A stretch of DNA of 64,000 nucleotides from Ramazzottius varieornatus (Eukaryota > Animalia > Tardigrada). Shown here piece after piece: positions 1-20,731 of the stretch (position 1 is the first letter of the stretch; every line of letters begins with the position of its first letter). The stretch is from assembly GCA_001949185.1 (NCBI GenBank), contig BDGG01000003.1, positions 3,889,158-3,953,157 of the forward strand. Reading direction: 5' to 3'. The notes beneath the pieces were generated by a model that was not told the DNA's origin, did no database searches, and saw only the letters and a list, made by a program, of their open reading frames with translations. The translations under genes and the position numbers were made by a program.

Positions 1-1490
1 GCGACCCATTGCGATTTGTTGAACCAGAAATTAGGCTCACGATATGCAAATGCGGCTGATGAGCTGTTCGAACTAATAACGCAGATATTTATCCGCCTCG
101 TATACGAACAAAAAAAATTGTTTTTCTGGGTGGTACCGACAGAACGATGATCAAAAGCTCCGATCTTCAGAATCAGCAGGAAGGCTCTTTAAAGCTGAAG
201 GTGGGGTCGTATGCACAACCATTTGCTCCTTCAGGTGGCGCTTCGAATATGTTGCAAAGCTTGTTATCGAGAACAGCGCGCCAGCAGTTAGAGTTTTCCT
301 CCTTTAATATTCTGGCATTCCGGTATCAATCTTGCACTTCAGGAACTGAACAGTCAACAGTGTGGAGCCTTTCTAGACTTGGCGTCCTCGTATAAAATGG
401 CAAACCCTTCTGGGTGGTCATCTGCACAGTCATAGCGTGTGGCTGACCAACTCACAGGTGGCGCCCGATTACCGCAGGACTGAAGACGCCAGTGAAATTT
501 TCTTGATCAGGTTCGCAGGTTTCTGCTGCCAGTAAATATGTCGTTCGCAAAGCCAGACGCATGAAATTCTGGCCGGATTTTGATCTGTTCGAATTGCCCA
601 ACCAGGTACCATTCCCTCAGCATTCCTGTAGTCTACTGTACAGAGAGATGTGGTTGCCATAATACTGTATTGTATTATATTGGATCTGCTATAGAAACTT
701 CGCGTTTGGTGGGGAACCTTTTTTATTAAAACAGGGTTTCGACCGAGCTCTCAGAACTTTACCGACCACTTCCGATCTAAGTAAGGCATACCAGTGGTGT
801 AACAGAACTTTGTCACTTTCACCCGACTTTATGAAAAGTCCGACGAAAGGTGTTTTACATCGGGCGGAAATCAATTGAAGGTTGTGTGACATGTAGTGGC
901 CATTAATTGGCACTTCGAAGCGATAACACAACATGGCGTACGTTGTATGCCTACGAAACTTCTTAAACTAATTTTAGTAATTTACGGTCGTCGTGATACA
1001 TCTTTGGTGTTGAATGGACGGAATATGGCGGAACGCGCGGCGCTGATCAAACTGGCCACTTGTTCTATCTTGCTGACGGCAGCTCGACATTGTTACGGTT
1101 TCCGCCCAAACGATAAACGTCAAAGCTGAATTGCGTTCGAACTCATTAGCAGAGTCCATTGATCTGCCAGTCATATCTCCTCATTTTATAGAGAAATTAC
1201 GCGTTTATTGCGAAGGTTCGGCGATCAATCGAGAAATTTTATCACACTAACGTGCTTTCGGACCAATATTTCCGTCGGAAAGTGCCAACTGACAAGTTAA
1301 TAGCAAGATTTCTAGTTTTTGCTCTTTCTCTCTTGTGACAAAGTTCGAGACCCATTTTAGAATTCGTAAATTCTACCGGCTTCTGAGTCAATGGTATCTG
1401 TACTTCATTGGGAAACTGCATTTTGAGATCACTCGAGAAACTTCCGGGTTTGGGATTAGATCGATGTTACCTAACTCAGCTGGACTGAAA

Positions 1491-2517
1491 ATGCTTTCGT
1501 GTGTTTTCGTGCTTGCCGTTGGTGGATTCATTAGAATGGTACAGGCAGGTAGGTTGACTCGTCGGAAACAAAACAGATTCGTCTCTGCGCATTTTGACCA
1601 ACCTCCTTTGTTGTTTGAAAGAAACGTTACCGTCGGATCCAGCTCATATGGACAATGCCTTTGAAATTCCTTTGTTGGGAAGCGAAACCCCCGAAGAGCG
1701 TCTGTCGCGTTTACAAATGATGCTTCAGCAGTTTCCAGACCCGATGGATGCGCTGCTCAAACTGGGCGAGCAGACCAAGAAATTCAATTCGGTCAACTTC
1801 CCACGGACGCCCTTCAAGCAACTTCCGCCCCAACTACTCCAACTCGCTAACAGTGTAAAGGCACTTACCACCGAAGGAACAACTTCTACCCTTTCCACCA
1901 CCACAACGTCCACTTCGACCACCATTACGATTCCACCTTCGACTTCCACTTTAACAACCACTACCACAACGACTACCACAACTCCGACGCTCTCGACAAC
2001 TACTACCACCACCGTTCCAACAACTACCACAGTCAGAAGCACCACAACACCACCAACCACAACGACGTCAACCACACCTACAACTACCACGACAACGACG
2101 ACGACACCGACGACCACACGAAGCACGACCATCACAAGTAGGATAACGGTGACTGCAGCGACGTCAAGCGTGACGTCAACCATTCCCACGACTCATCGCC
2201 TCACCACTGCGGATACTGCCTCCACCTCAGCTGCAGACAGAGTCGTCGCTGAGAGTTCCAGGACTACCTGTAAGCCTTCGGTAAGGTCAAAGAAATGGAC
2301 AGGGATCCCAGTTGGAATATGTGTCAGCACTGACGACCTGGACAGCGTCTGCGCGACTCAATTCGCCGTGTTCGAAGCATCACAGTCTCCGGACTGCGCT
2401 AACTTCAGCGGGCATTGGTGCTGTTACGGTAAGTTAGCCCGAGAACAAGAGCGGGTCATGCCTCTTTCCAAGGGTTGAGCTGAATTTTGTGTTTCAGTGC
2501 CTGAGCTGAAGAACTGA
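1491..2517 (+). CDS. Secreted mucin-like protein (signal peptide, Thr-rich stalk, C-terminal 6-Cys domain); 3 exons
   Basis: Hydrophobic leader MLSCVFVLAVGGFIRMVQA, phase-1 GT-AG intron 1549-1621, poly-Thr tract, C-x-C-x-C-x-C-x-CC domain, and a probable last intron at ~2429-2497 ending YVPELKN*. Confidence 0.7.
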
Positions 2518-2793
2518 AAAAGGGCAGGAAGGCTGCACAAGTAACACTCAAATCTGATCGTGATTTTCTTCTCTAATAAATTATTTATTCTTTCAAAAGA
2601 CCGAACACGAAGTCTCATTGGTTGTTAAGTACCGAAATTTCAGTGTGATTGAGGTAAATCGCAAACAAAAGCGCATCTTGGAATGATGTTATACCATCCG
2701 AAGTCCCTAGTAACAGTAGCGCGTGGAAATTTGGCCGTTTGGTCAATGAAGCAGACAAGCAAGCCGAAGACACTGACCACTGGTTTGCTCGAC

Positions 2794-5700
2794 ATGAGGC
2801 CTGTGTTATTGCTCTTCATTACCCTGAATTTTGTCAACGTATCAGGGCAAGTTCTGCCACCATTACCGATCATAAACGTCCGCATCGGACGGCTTCTGTT
2901 ACGAGGAGTCGATGATGGAGGGCCTGACAAAGTACGTTCCTTGCCCCAGAGCCGGGAGCTTTTGCCAGAAGCAACAGCTTATTTCATCTTCTCTTTTTCT
3001 CTTCCTTTTTTAGTGGTTGGCTCCTGCAATGGACGATGCCCGAGATTCGGTGCTGGCTGACCCGGTGTACCGTGTCAACATCACATTCGATGAAACATAC
3101 CCCTTCAGTGTTCCTTGTACCGCCGCACTGGCCGCTGGAGCATCGGCTGTCTCAAAATCCTTCATGAAGGTGTACAGCTACGGGAAGGTCGCTAAGGTGA
3201 CGGGCGTCATCGGACCATATTGTCCGCTCAAAATTATCACGACGGCCATTGCCTCTACTGTGGTTAACTTATTCCAAATCACGGGTGAGGAGACAAATAC
3301 GTGAGAAAAGGCTATTCGTTAAATGAATAATAGTTGAGATTTTAGGCGGCGGGGAACTGATACCGTCCATGCTGCCCTACCCTCGTACCAGTCGCGCGGG
3401 CTACGCCAAGACGAACCAGTACAGCTTTTTCATATGGATGGGGCAGAAATATAACTGGACCAAGTTTGTCTGCATCTACGACGCCTCGAACGACGATGCG
3501 ACAGCTGATTATCAAAGTGAGCTGGGAGCTCACCAGACAAACTCGTGACAATTGTTTCCCCAAGTTGCGCACGTTTTCCGTATTGTAAACTGTCCACGCG
3601 CGCCACTCGCAAAAACGATCTGGTCGAGTTTATTCGCAGACATGCCCGGTTCTTGGTTTCAAACATTCTTGAACCATCTCGCGCTTCTTGTATCAATTAC
3701 AGGTCTTAACCTGATTGTCCCGAAGCACAGAGAGCTGGAGTTTATTTACTTGGCGCTCAAACTACGCCCAGATGACCACGTAAGAAACGAGCCGGCGTTC
3801 AGCCGCTTTGTTTGTGAGAGACTGCTCTCCGGTTAGACATTGCTTCTTCTTCTTCAGGTGATTGACGCCACCTTAACCCGAGCCGCTGTAAATGCAAGAA
3901 GTACGTTGTCTGAGATCCCGTTGGTCACCGATTTTTTCCGGCTGAGGTGAAACGAGCTGTGTTCTTCCTTACATAGTTGTCCTTATGCTGATGGACAACC
4001 ACTTGCTTCGAAAATTCATGCTTCGGGCTTCCGCACGTAACATGACGGACGGTAGTTTTGTCTACTTCGTATGGGATATGTTTACCACCAAGACTGCATG
4101 GGTTCCGAGCCTCGCTAATCCGGGATGGTACTCTCCCAGTAAGTAATGTCACGGCCCGTACCTAAGAACCCAATGATACGCGGACTGATACGGTTCTTCT
4201 TGGTGCAGATGATACCGACTATCAGAACGCTATAGCCAGGCAAGCTTACGGGTCCATTCTCATTACCACAATGTGCAATATTAGCAAGCTAGCCCAGTAC
4301 CAAGGAAAGATCGCGGCGTTCTCTCAAAGGGTCAAACTGAATTCATCGCTTTACCCGGACATCAAACCTGGAATCCCGTTCCCGACAACCAATTATAAGT
4401 TTTCACTTCTGGTGTTTTGTAATGCTAGACAGAAGGCTCTATTGAAGTGGAATGATAGACCTACCGGGTGAAATTTACACTTTGTAGGATCCTTCTACAA
4501 TTCTGTGGTTTATATGGCCTGGGCCGTCAGAAACTATTCTAACATCACGGGCCAAACTACCGTTGGCGCTGACGACTTGGCTAACTGGATGGGACAAATA
4601 ATGTCTGGAACAACGGAGGGAAGTATCACTATCCTCAATGGTAAGTAAACCGCCGATATCAGCAATGGAATTCGGCAAGCGAACAACGGTTATGCACGTG
4701 GCGCATGTTGGCAGCCAACACTCACAATGTGCGCCACTTGAAAATACAAACAAGTCCACGAATATCGCTTTCCTTAGTGGCGCTCTTTTACGCTGATAGT
4801 GGCAGGAAGCGTGCGCCACTTGGAAAACGATCTTGTTGAGTTTTTTCCCTTCTCCCACCTGCTTTCTTGACAAATGAAGCTTGTTTAGTACAGGACACTT
4901 AACCTTCTTTCAGGTATACAAGGAAGTTTTGGCATTGCGACACCCTCCGGAGACTTGCGAGAAAATACCTGCATTATGGCAATGATGGACTTGAACCTGG
5001 GTGCCTATCTTGTATGTTCCTTTTTTCTGCCCATTCTTTGACTATCGTCATCTCTTAAAGTTTATTCCATACCCTGTTCTCTAGACATACTTGAGATACG
5101 ACGGTGTATTGAACTTGACTTCCTATGTGAACGCTTCATACAGTTGGATCAGCACCGATGGAACCTTTCCTGCCAACGAGCCCTACTGTGGATTTACCGG
5201 CGATGCGGACGTTTGCCGCGTAATTTGTAAGCACTATTCGAGCATTGATTTGGGTGATAATGTTTCCCTGAGCCAGGATGCACGGTTGAACGTTTTGTGG
5301 CATAGCGGACACTACCACAACGATCACCACCGCGGTGGTGATACCGCTTGTCCTGCTGACGTGCGCCGTTGTAGCCTACATGTCTCGCCGTCGCTACAAG
5401 TTATCCCAGCTTGACGACTCGTGGCTAGCCCAGCTGAAAGAACTGAAAGTTGTCGATCCCAACAAGGGGATAGATGACAAGGGAGGACCCACTGACCAAC
5501 AGGCTACGACGGATGAGAAGGCGGAGGGCAAGTTCAGCATGGGCGGCAACAGTCTAAGTAGGTTCCACCACGCATTACTGTTATCTCGATTGTCTCCGCA
5601 AAGCTTTTACCCCGGCCCCAACTCATTGTAAACCTGTGATAATTTCCATTGAACTGTTCTCTGCTGTGTTGTAGATGCGTCTAATAATTCGGCGATACCG

Positions 5701-8174
5701 ACGGCTTTCTCCGTGGGGTATTGGAAGTCGGTACCTTACACGGTTCGATGGACCAAGAAACGCTTCCTCAAGGCCAGTGCAAAGATTGCGTTGGAAGTGA
5801 GGGCCGTGTCTGCCATCCGCAATGATAATATCGCGGAACTACGCGGCGGATGCTTGGAGAAGGCCTCGGTACTCTTGCTGTACGACTACTGTTCTCGTGG
5901 AAGTCTGGAAGAATCAGTCAACGATATGTCGTCCAAATTTGAATGGCCTTTACGGTAGGCCTCTCCTCAAACCTAGTGCATCTCTGAAATATCTTGCAAG
6001 TTATCACAGTAACAGAGACCACTTTGAGAAGCACAAAAATGTTGAATCAAATTAAAAAACACTACGAAATCTGGTACCAGATCGTTATCTCAAGTGGCGC
6101 GTGTTATCAGCTAATAACAATGTAACTGTGCACCGCTCTAGAAAGCCATCTTATAGAGTTCGGTTTCTTACCCCTGAAATATTCTAGCATTTTCCCTTGA
6201 ATGTAGAAAAATAAAGACAGTTTGATGTAAATGTCTTTTACAGGTTTTCGTACATAAACGATGTAATTCGCGCCATGCATTACATCCACACATCTTCCAT
6301 CAAGCTCCACGGTCGTCTGAGTTCCGCTTGCTGCTTCATCGATTCTCGTTTCACGTTAAAAGTGGCGGACGTCGGTCTACCGTCCTTCTTCAACATGAAC
6401 TTGGCTGAGTTCTGGTCTCAAAAGCGGCGACCTGACTTCTACTACCGTCAGTTCTGGGTGGCGCCGGAAGTCCTCCGCGAACAAGAGAATCGCGTGGAAG
6501 AAGTGGTCAAAGTCACCACGAAGGAACAAGACATCTACAGTTTCGGCATCATCATGCAAGAAATCATCTTGCATTCCCCACCGTATGCCATGTACGGCGA
6601 TGACTACACTGACGAACGTAAGAGGCTTCAGAGTTCTTTGGGTCATTGCTCGGTCGATGGTAGTGCTTGCAAGGGACTTTTTTCAGGTAGGCATCTACAA
6701 TGCTATCGTGAAGGAAGGTCCACCCGGTATGAAAGCTTTCCGTCCCATGCTGGATGAAACGGCGGGACACATCGACATCATCAAGATATGCGAGCGATGT
6801 TGGGCGGAGATACCTCAGGATAGGCCATCGTTCAATCAAATCCGAGTAGTGATGAAAGAAGTAACCAAGTTACTGTATGTAGTCGGCCAAAGGTCCATGG
6901 TAGGACCCAACCACCTGCAGGAAACATGTCCTTGACATTGCTTCCATTTGTATTTTTCAGCGGGATGGGCGACCGTCTCAACATTATGGAAACCTTAATT
7001 CAGCAAATGGAGGAGCATACGGCCACATTGGAGGGTATGATCGAGGAGAAGGATACCTTGATTCAGCAGGAAAAGTCGCGAGCCGACGCCCTTCTTTTCA
7101 GTAATCTACCATCGTAAGTTGACATTCATAGTATATCTCCCTTTCCGGCGGTCAAACATCTCAGCTTTCGTGCCATTCATTCTAGGACCATCACGGATGC
7201 TCTGACCAGGGGAAGCACACTGGATCCCGTGTACCTTGACTTATGCTCCATCCTTATCATCGATATCATGAACTTCGACATTTTGACGGCGCAGTGCTCG
7301 GCTGAAGAAACAGCTCAGCTGCTTGCGGATGTACACGGGACGTACTTTGAAGAAGCATCGAAATTCGACTGCTGGATGATGGAGACCCTCACACAGAAAA
7401 TCACTGTAAGCTGAGGCCTGCCAACGACTTTTTCCTGCATTACATCTATACTTGGTCCGATGTCTTGTATTCTGAGGGTCTTTTACAGGTGGCATCAGGT
7501 CTACCTGTCCGCAACGGTATCCTTCACGCTCGCGAGCTCGGTCGGCTGGCCTTATCCCTGCTTTACGTCATGCAGGACTTCCGGGCAGCTCATCTGCCGG
7601 AACAGCAAGCTCTTGTCCGCTTCGGCATCCACTCAGGTATACCGCCATCACGCATTGCCAAGACTGTCTGGTCCTCGTGTTTTACTGTTTCGATCCGCAA
7701 GAAAGCTGAGTGGATGCTTCTCACTATAGGTCCAGTGGTATTTGGCGTAGTAGGGAAGCACGTTCCAAGATTTTCACTGTTCGGAGACACTTTGAGCATA
7801 GCTACGAGAATGATGAGGGTGGAGCAAGGTAGGCCCGTCTCAGCTGCCAGCTAGAGTATTTGTATCGCTGACTGTTTTTGTTGCAGCGTATCGAATCCGC
7901 CTCAGTGCTGCCACCAGGAACATCATCGAGGCTTTCGGTAGTTTCCGAGCCTTTGACAGCGACGAGATCTTCGTGAAGGGGAAAGGACGCATGAAGACCT
8001 ATACCCTGATGGGAGAAGATGGTACGTGGTTAGAGCACTCGACCAGAAGTAGACTACATCGCGATGGTCCGAATGTACGAGTACTTATATTCCGCTGTTT
8101 TAGGGAACCATGAGCTCACGGAACTCAAACTTAAACATGCTGGAGGACCAGCCTCCGAACTCAGTCTTCACTGA
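2794..8174 (+). CDS. Receptor-type guanylate cyclase (ANP-receptor-like; multi-exon; catalytic residues degenerate)
   Basis: Signal peptide MRPVLLLFITLNFVNVSG; extracellular VIGPYC motif; TM helix at ~5290-5385; kinase-homology domain (YCSRGSLEE, HGRLSSACCFIDSRFTLKVADVGL, WVAPE, DIYSFGIIMQEI); coiled coil; cyclase domain (RFGIHSGPVVFGVVG, LFGDT, VKGKGRMKTY). Confidence 0.9.
3524..3640. repeat. Palindromic N27 element, copy 1 (guanylate cyclase intron)
   Basis: CAAGTTGCGCA-N27-CGCGCCACTC with actcg.gac/gtcgagt outer arms. Confidence 0.8.
4695..4842. repeat. Palindromic elements, copies 2 and 3 in tandem (guanylate cyclase intron 4641-4913)
   Basis: GTGGCGCA-N24-TGCGCCACTTG followed by AGTGGCGCT-N27-TGCGCCACTTGGAAAACGATCTTGT. 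Confidence 0.8.
6076..6162. repeat. Palindromic N27 element, copy 4 (guanylate cyclase intron)
   Basis: CAAGTGGCGCG-N27-TGCACCGCTC. Confidence 0.75.
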
Positions 8175-8270
8175 AGCGGGAACCTTCACCACTGCGTTGA
8201 TATTCTACCTCTTTTCTGTATTTTGATCTGTTCTGTTCCGTGTTCTTTCATAAGGATCACAAAGGCTCAG

Positions 8271-8373
8271 GAAACGAGCTCCACAAGATTGCTTTCCCAA
8301 GTGGCGCATGATACCAGCCCGTAATACCGAAAACGTGCGCCACTTAGGAAAACAGTCTTGTCGAGTTCGTTTG
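8271..8373. repeat. Palindromic N27 element, copy 5 (3' of guanylate cyclase)
   Basis: ACAAGATTGCTTTCCCAAGTGGCGCA-N27-TGCGCCACTTAGGAAAACAGTCTTGT. Confidence 0.9.
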
Positions 8374-9293
8374 CACAGTTCTCCAGCCATGCTGAAAGTC
8401 CGTCCAGGGGAGAATCTGATTTTGCATTGTAATTTAGTTCAAAAGACTTTTCGTGTACCCGCGCTTTTTTATTTTGACCACATATCGTTGTATAAAGTGT
8501 ACAAGAAAAATAAAACCAGATTTTGCACTTCAAAGACAGCCAGCCAGCTCGACCTTATCACGGAAAACAAGTGTACGAGGCGATTGAAAATGAAAGCATA
8601 TCCGGTTCATATTTTCTTTGGAGACTTGGCCTCGTGCACAATCGCTAGGCTGGCGTCCCATCACATTCCAACTTAATCAGAAGCAAAAAATTTGTCTAAA
8701 AACTCTAGGATACACAATGCGGCATAGACTGATAATTATATAAACTTGATGTAGGGACTGTACGTAACTGTGTGACTTTTGAGACAACAGCAAAGAAAGA
8801 AAAGAGAAAAAATACTGAAACAACTTTTCCTGCACAGGTTCATTTTTTCCTCCGAGTTTTCCACCGTGAGTCTTGGTCTTCCTTCCTACTTTCGGCCACG
8901 ATCTCGCCTTGTCGACGCATTTCCTCTCCCTTTCAGAATTTCTCAGTCTTTCCGCAGACTTCTCAGTCAGCGTCGAAGTCAAAAACTAAGGCCGAAAGTG
9001 AGTGGGCGACAGAAAGGAAGGACGAAAGGCGGGGAAACTAGTTCATGCTTCTGTTTTGGGATGTGTTCTCAAAAAATGACAAGTATAAACGAAAGGCTGG
9101 TTTTAAGACAGAAAAAAGTAAAGCAGGAAAGATTGGTAACAGATAAAAACAAATTTAAAGTTTTGAACCCTTTGAGCCAGAGAACGGAGACAAAACCACT
9201 GCGCAGCCTTGGTCAGTTTGTGCTTTCACCTGATGAGTCCATCATTCCCCATTCACCTTCTACCGCATTACCACCCCGAGAACAAGTGTACCA

Positions 9294-16937
<7,644 letters not shown>

Positions 16938-18582
16938 TCAATCCCACAATGAAGTTAAAGCAAGTCGAGGAAGGAATAAATCAACAATAAAAACTCTCTG
17001 TGCGAGGAATGGAGGAGAATTCAAGGATGCGCGTTGGACGAGTGCAGAAAGTGGAATGAAGTTAAGTTGTAATCAGAAATGATGATCAAAGTCGAACGAA
17101 TCGAGGTGATGAGTAAGAAAGAGGGTGCTGTAAGAGGAGCGAATCCAAAGTTCCCGAGAAAAACACAACCGGTGATACAACCACAGAAATCTGATCGATG
17201 CAGCAGAGGAAGAATGACTGCGCCACTTCACCTGGGAAAAGAAAAACAAGAGTAACCAATACTGATACTACTGACCACTCGAAATTGCCACACAGTACAT
17301 TGCTTAGGAACCTTCTGCTTAATCTCGTCAGCAATACCCGACGTTCCACACTTCATGGATACCATAAAAACTTGAGAAGGAACCGGCCAACCCGGATGCA
17401 AGATGGTCGCCATTGGAAAACCCATTGAAAACATTAGTCCGAATATTCCAGAAAAATATTCCTATTCTCGAGCGAGAATATGCTGACAAGTGCTCCATCA
17501 GCTCACTCAGACTCCATACGTTCCGTTAATGCATCGCAGAATTATCTCAAATGATGAGCAGAAGCAAACAAGTTATCTCATCCGTGTGGGTCTGGTCTCA
17601 ACCGAAAGACAGGTTTTAGAGCGCTATATTTCCGAGTTGACAGGTTGCCTTTTAACTTCTAACTTCTACGGATACAGTACAGCACAAGAAGGTTAAGGAG
17701 GAAAGATTACAACGGTACTTACCGTGCAGAATATCCAGCCAGCTGTCTCTGCGTCAGATGGAAGTTTCCTGATGCGAAGCGATCGTTCGTTGTTTCCGTC
17801 AACAAGTCTCTCAAACAATGGCACGCACCCACACTCACAAGCTGGTCCTTCCGTCGAGAGTAAAGCTAGGGCAGGAAGTACAGAGCTGAATTACAGGATG
17901 ACGCTTGATCCCGGCTAGCTACCCAAGTTCGAAGACGGGCGGGATCGGAATGGTGGATCGATACAGCACCGTTTTCCAAACTCTCGAGTCTCGACTGATG
18001 TTCACGTCGTCTTCTTCTCATCAGGCCTCGCTTGTTTACGGTCCCGCTGCCTCAGATGTACGTACGTGCAGAGCCCCTACGGAGATGCGTCATCCAGTCA
18101 TACAGTGTGCTGTACTTGGTCTATAGCTCCGCCTCCTTTGTTCTGGTTGATCCGGTTTTGGTTTTTCAAGCAAAAGTCGTAATCAATCGGGGGAACGTAC
18201 AGACCACAGGGTCTACGGTTTTCGCAATGTTGCGACTTCGTAAGATCCGAAACTCGAAAATCAAAATCTTTAATTGTGGATTCTGGAAGAGTTTCGTGTG
18301 TTTGTTTGGGGTGCTACTTATCATCTGGACAGATTGTCTGGACGCTCTGTGGGAATCACACAGCGTATAGCAGAAGTACTGGGACCATCGGAGGCTGCTG
18401 GAGAACAGTTCCATAGCGATATCTCATCCGTACGTTGCGTTTACGAAATCGTCTGATAGTGCTGTAAGTCGATTTAGTTGAGTCCTCAAGTTTCGTTGTA
18501 ACCTGATCAAGTACCGCCTGCTTATAAACTGTTGTTCTTATTCTCAGAGGTCTTATCCTCGTTTTCTGTAATCTGTAGCAAG

Positions 18583-20266
18583 ATGGATACCGCCTCCCGA
18601 CCGTCCACTCGAAGAAGCGCGAGGAAAGCTAAAGTCGTTACTGATGACGAGGATCTTCAAGAAATCATTCCCGTTGAGGATCAGGAGCCGCTGAAACGTT
18701 CCACTAAGCAGATAACGAGGAAACATGCTCCGAGATCGTTCGTCCGCCCGTTGAAGACCATAGAGATTCCAGAGGAAGAGGAGGTTCGCGCGCCTATTCC
18801 CCAACAACAGGGCGTCCTGTCCGGAGGAGATCCGTTCGCGTTGATGTCGAATCAACGCCAACGGGCTTCCAGTTCGGGCTTCTTCACCGACTTAAGGACG
18901 CAGTACAAAGAGCAGACTATCCGGATCAAGCAAGACGCTAAGCGATCTCATCAGCAGGCCTTTTTGGACGATGCAGCAAACTTAAGCCAACAACCGTAAA
19001 TTTCTTCGTTTTGGTGGATCTGCCCGGACTTGAAACAATTTGTTTTCGATTTGCAGGAATAATAAACCTCGGCTGTATGGATTGTACGCGCCTCCAGAGA
19101 AAATAATGACGCAAGGTTGCTTCGACGATGTCCGAACTAAAGCCGTCAAGAAAGCTCGGTGGTTGCTGGTGAATATCCACAAGTATGACGAGTTTGTCTG
19201 TCAGCTCTTCATGCGCGAATGTCTCAAGCACGAAGCCGTCCAAGAAATCATCGCGGAGAACTTTGTCTTCTGGCACGTGGATTTTGACTCGAAAGAAGGA
19301 CTGCGTTACATTACCCATTACAAGGTAAGATGAAGAAGTTATATAGCGCTGCCGTGTTGAGCCAAGGAGGATAAATCGGTCAGCAGCCTGAAAGCCGTAC
19401 TGTGACGTCATACAAGAGCGAATTCAACTGGTGGCCGACTCATCCTCCTTGCCGTGTGCACGTTCTTGAAACCGGTTATAGAAGTATTCTTACTTCCTCG
19501 TGTTGTTTCTCAGGTTGAAAAGTTCCCGCATTTAGCCATCATAGATCCGCGGACAGGCGAAAAGATAGAGACATACAGTGAGCTGACGCCCATCAAGTTT
19601 TGCGACATCTTCACCACGTTCTTGGCTGAACATCCAAGCTACGATCCAAAGGCCTTAGAGAAAGTCGCCTCGACCTCTTCTAAACCACTTTCTCCACCCC
19701 CCAAGACGGAACGACAAGGCTCAGAGTCTTCCGGATCATCAGTTCAAATCATCGATCCGGAGGAAGAAGAGTTAAAGAAAGCCATCGAACTGTCCAAGAA
19801 GGAGGAAGAGGAGCGGAAAAGAAAAGCTGGGGAAATCATCGACATTGACGATATTCTTTATGAGGACGATGATGGAGATAGCCAAGAGCTGGAAACCGAA
19901 GAAAAGCCCGTGGTAGTCATCGAAGACCCCAAACCGGAAGTCAAAACTGAAATCAAGGCAGGAAAGCTCGATCCGCCAACGGTGAATGAAGATGCATGGA
20001 AGGATTTCTTAGGAGTCGCCACTGATCCTTCCTTGACGCTCAAGATCCGGGTTCCTACTGGGGCTGCCTTGGAACTGTCCCTACCTAATACCTCTCAGTT
20101 GCAGGCTTTGTTTGCTTTCTTGGCAGGACGTGGTTTTGGAATGGACAAGTACGATACGATGATACACTTCCAGAAGAAGAATTTGTCGCTTCTTCCGCCG
20201 GAAACGCTTCTCAAAGACGCAGGCTTGTCTAACCGAGAATTGCTTATTGTGTCGGAGAAGGAATGA
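18583..20266 (+). CDS. UBXN7: UBX domain protein 7-like (UAS, UIM, UBX)
   Basis: UAS domain WLLVNIH...ENFVFWHV...EGLRY...FPHLAIIDPRTGEK; UIM EEEELKKAIELS; C-terminal UBX LKIRVPTG...LLKDAGL. Confidence 0.85.
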
Positions 20267-20731
20267 ACTGTTCGTTGCTGTCATTTTTAGCTTTACTACC
20301 CGTTTCACATCAGTTACTGGCTTTTCAATTTTATTTCACCCACGTACTACAGCTGCATCTTACTAATTTAAGTTTCATCTTTGTCAAATTTTATGATTGG
20401 CGAATTTGACTTGAGAAGGTCAGGTTTCGTGTCGTACTCTTTTTCCATTGTATCCTTTCTCCTGTGACCTGTCTGTCCCACTTGGACTGTATATGTATTC
20501 TTCCTGAACTTGAACTACTCGGGGTTGACCAAATTGTGCGCCAGTGGCGTTTATCGCTCTTCTTGGTAATATTCGTGATTATTCGATAAGATTAGAAGTT
20601 CCGTTTGAACAAATGCCGTCTCTGCACCACCAAATTGTTACATGGTCTCTTTCTGCTTACTCGCACCTCGTTGTAGGCTCTAGTCCACCTGTGCTCACGT
20701 TAATTGTGTCCCTTCTTGACCGAAAACCAAG

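Noticed and set aside
1725-2189. Val-rich minus-strand ORF and similar antisense ORFs (41545-41961, 43742-44065)
   Set aside because: Shadows of low-complexity Thr, Gly/Asn or Gln coding sequence in another frame or strand.
3507-3702. N27 element as an intron-generating (introner) element
   Set aside because: Element ends do not coincide with splice sites; it sits inside otherwise normal introns and also outside introns.
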